DNA of 20,000 bases from sequence record SRR22947725_1144. One strand, written 5' to 3'. The position numbers were made by a program, and so were the translations under genes. The notes under the pieces are model-generated. The model was not told where the DNA came from, searched no databases, and worked only from the letters and a program-made list of their open reading frames with translations. Shown here piece after piece: positions 17,599 through 20,000 of this stretch (position 1 is its first letter; each line of letters opens with the position of its first letter).

Positions 17599-18324
17599 TT
17601 ACTGTTGTTTGGAAGGGGAAATAAAGAAATTAAAAGGACGTGTAAACGTTTCGGTAGGAGGAGTAACGACGCCTTCCGGCAATGCAGCGATCTTAACACT
17701 TACATCGTTGATTACCTCTGGAGCGATCGGAGTGATGCCTCCTGTTGTGGGGTTGAACTGATTACCACCTCCAATGCGAACGCTTCTGACAACTCCATCT
17801 CTGGTGTAAACAAACACACCGTAACCGGCAAGAACGTCAACCCTGTCAGGGGTGGAAATTTGATAACTTGTTTGCTCGTCACCTGCGTCGATGCCGATGA
17901 CGCCCATGGGAACTTTAACTTCAAACTTGGAAAGTGCAGAAGAAAACTTGTTAACTATACCGAGAATGCTCCCGTCACGCAGGTCAATCTGGGTGTCGGA
18001 TACGATACCAGCACCTGTCTTCTCGATGCTCAGACGATCCACAACGACAGTCGTGTTGGAATCAACGACCATTGAGCCGATGTCATTGCCAAGTGCCAGA
18101 GTAACTTCTCCACCCTCGGCAGTGCTAATGACGCTGCCAGGAGTCAAGGTTGCGCCCTCGGTAATTGCTGCAGCACCGCTGCCGTTGTCAAACGTAGCAC
18201 GCCCATCAACTGAGGTGACAGTTAAACTAGCTGTTTCGGCGTGTGTTGACACGCAAAGTCCTATGGTGAGCAGCGTAATCGCCGTCAGGAGGAGTTTCGG
18301 TTGGATACGAGTCTTGTTAATCAT
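17599..18324 (-). CDS. Exported FecR-domain-like beta-rich protein
   Basis: Signal peptide ending in THA, followed by V.G.A...G..L..G..I.T, T.IDL..GSI.G.V.K and FEVKVP.GV.GI. RBS TAGGAG lies upstream. Confidence 0.72.
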   Translation of the reverse strand: MINKTRIQPKLLLTAITLLTIGLCVSTHAETASLTVTSVDGRATFDNGSGAAAITEGATLTPGSVISTAEGGEVTLALGNDIGSMVVDSNTTVVVDRLSIEKTGAGIVSDTQIDLRDGSILGIVNKFSSALSKFEVKVPMGVIGIDAGDEQTSYQISTPDRVDVLAGYGVFVYTRDGVVRSVRIGGGNQFNPTTGGITPIAPEVINDVSVKIAALPEGVVTPPTETFTRPFNFFISPSKQQ

Positions 18325-18834
18325 ATATGCTCCTACAGTGATCGATGTGATTTCGATTTGTTATAATTCTGCAATTTTTTTTAATAATGTCAATCAGATT
18401 CCATTGTATCTACCGTAATGGGGGCAGAGCTGGACGGAAGTATTTACAACTTGGGAAAAACTATATTAAGTAAAGTTGAGGATCAAGAAAGTAATGGGGA
18501 ATAAAACGTTTGTTGGAAAAACACAAAAGGAAAACACGGCTCACTAAAGCATGGGGCATCATCGGACTTTGTTATTTCCAAAGACGGGGTCAGGGCAGCG
18601 TTCCAACTATTCTCATTTTCTAGTTGATAGCTATCATGCCAAAGTGGAAATTTATGTTCCTACAAACCAAAAGTTTGGCAGATTTGAGATAAAACTGTGG
18701 TGCTAATGTTTGCAAGAACCTCGCAAACCTTTCATAACCAACTTAGAAAGTTCAATTCAAGTGATCATCACACCCAATGCTAAGACGAAATAATCGCAAA
18801 AAAAAGTTGTCACTTTTGAGAAAATGCACCAAGC

Positions 18835-18899
18835 TATAACAAATGCGGTCACTGGTCCCTAATGGAACCGGGGACCTAATTTGTTAATAACTTAGAGGA
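18835..18899 (+). promoter_or_regulatory. Candidate -10 element, 5'-UTR stem-loop and RBS of the porin gene
   Basis: TATAAC at 18835-18840, hairpin GGTCCC...GGGACC at 18854-18876, AGAGGA at 18894-18899. Confidence 0.45.
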
Positions 18900-18905
18900 A
18901 CTGAT

Positions 18906-20000
18906 ATGAAACTTAACAAATGGACAGTCGCACTAGCCGCCGCAGGGCTGGTTAGTTTGGGACAAAACGCACAAGCGGAAGAAGCCGGCAATGCCGTGAT
19001 GACCGCTTTCTCAAAAACAACCCTTAGCGGGTTTGTGGATACGTCACTTTCGATTTCCGAAAAAGGCGCAGACCAAGCACTGCATGGGCGTGTGCCTTAC
19101 CAGAGCGGAAATAAGATGAACGGTATTAACCTGGACGTCATTCAGCTTTCATTGGCAAGCCCTTTGGACGAAAGCGATTGGGCGGCTGGCTATGCTGTTG
19201 ATTTGTTATTCGGCCCTGACGCTTCAGCATACAGTGTTTCAGGCGCTGGCGAAGCTGACGATGTAGCTGTCCGTCAAGCATACGTAAACACACGTGTTCC
19301 TGTTGGCAATGGCCTGGACCTCAAAATGGGTGTTTTTGATGCGATCATTGGTTATGAAGGTTTTTCCAACCGCGACAACCCCAACTACAGCCGTAACATG
19401 GCTTATAATCTTCAGCCTTTTAACCACACCGGTTTGCTGGGCGGCTACCAGATCAACGATCTTGTAAGTGCTCAGTTTGGTGTAGCCAACACTGGATCCA
19501 ATGTTCTCACGGACCGTGCAGCTGATTCCTCTGACATTTCCTACATGGGGTCTATTGCTGTTGAAGCTCCTGAGAATTTCGGAGCATTGGCTGGTGCGAC
19601 CGTTTATGTCGGATACATGGAGTTTGGAGGCGGTGGTGACGAGCAACAGAACCTATATGTTGGATCTACAATACCTACTCCGATTGATGGTTTAGCGCTT
19701 GGTGCTGCTTGGGATAACATTCAAAACATCACCGGTAATGGTGGTGACGCGAACATTTTGGCTGGATATATCTCCTATCAGGCCACTGATAAGATGTCCG
19801 TGAACGGCCGCATTGAGTATCTTGATGGTGATCAGGGCGTTCTCTTCAACGCAACAAATAACGGTGTTGCTGTTGACTCTGAAATGTTGTCCTTGACCGG
19901 AACTGTTCAGTATGACCTGTGGGATAATGTCCTTACTCGTGCTGAAGTTCGCTGGGATAGCCAAGAAGATGGTGATGGTCTCTACGGTGGTGATGATGAC
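18906..20000 (+). CDS. Outer-membrane beta-barrel protein, putative porin of the BBP2/DUF1597 type (3'-truncated by the window)
   Basis: Manual translation: MKLNKWTVALAAAGLVSL...TTLSGFVDTS...DLLFGPDA...RQAYV...VGNGLDLKMG.F..IIGYE...NPNYSR...QPFNHTG...YDLWDNVLTRAEVRWD. The frame stays in register to the window end (365 codons) and has a good RBS. It is absent from the ORF track because there is no stop codon. Confidence 0.88.
   Translation, partial: MKLNKWTVALAAAGLVSLGQNAQAEEAGNAVMTAFSKTTLSGFVDTSLSISEKGADQALHGRVPYQSGNKMNGINLDVIQLSLASPLDESDWAAGYAVDLLFGPDASAYSVSGAGEADDVAVRQAYVNTRVPVGNGLDLKMGVFDAIIGYEGFSNRDNPNYSRNMAYNLQPFNHTGLLGGYQINDLVSAQFGVANTGSNVLTDRAADSSDISYMGSIAVEAPENFGALAGATVYVGYMEFGGGGDEQQNLYVGSTIPTPIDGLALGAAWDNIQNITGNGGDANILAGYISYQATDKMSVNGRIEYLDGDQGVLFNATNNGVAVDSEMLSLTGTVQYDLWDNVLTRAEVRWDSQEDGDGLYGGDDD

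Noticed and set aside
17605..18418. 156-aa and 175-aa plus-strand ORFs
   Set aside because: Antisense shadows of the FecR-like gene, which has the RBS, signal peptide and terminator.
18515..18600. Possible riboswitch in the porin upstream region
   Set aside because: I could not match the conserved core of any riboswitch class I know.
18625..18715. Sigma54 promoter candidates (TTGGCA..., TGGTGC...TTGCA)
   Set aside because: The GG-N10-GC rule fails: spacing is 11 in one case, and AT replaces GC in the other two.
19239..19964. Track ORFs of 135, 64 and 90 aa
   Set aside because: Antisense or off-frame relative to the real porin ORF starting at 18906.
1..20000. CRISPR arrays, IS/transposases, integrases, tRNA/rRNA, defence or toxin-antitoxin systems
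   Set aside because: Reading by eye, I found no regularly spaced direct repeats, terminal inverted repeats or diagnostic motifs. Nearly all sequence is explained by recognisable genes.

Overview
Gene-dense, mostly housekeeping bacterial window. Gene content and protein styles suggest Verrucomicrobiota (Pedosphaera/Limisphaerales-like); this is inference. Gene order: 3' end of an FN3-like protein (+); secreted PHP-type metallohydrolase (-); co-oriented run cbiX-like chelatase, tyrA, aroA, cmk, plsC, rluA-like (+); amidohydrolase, PQQ-like beta-propeller, SPFH protein, LolA-like protein and Lon (-); class I-alpha DAHP synthase (+); flavin reductase-like and exported FecR-like protein (-); and an outer-membrane beta-barrel (BBP2 type, +) that runs off the window end and is missing from the ORF track. 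I saw no CRISPR array, mobile element, tRNA/rRNA or defence system, and I cannot support a clearly new biological system. The best leads are modest: an RluA homolog with degenerate motifs, an AroA with altered substrate-phosphate residues and an internal shortening, an orphan chelatase with a C-terminal active site, a hairpin-rich 430 bp intergenic region, and the divergent FecR-like/porin pair.
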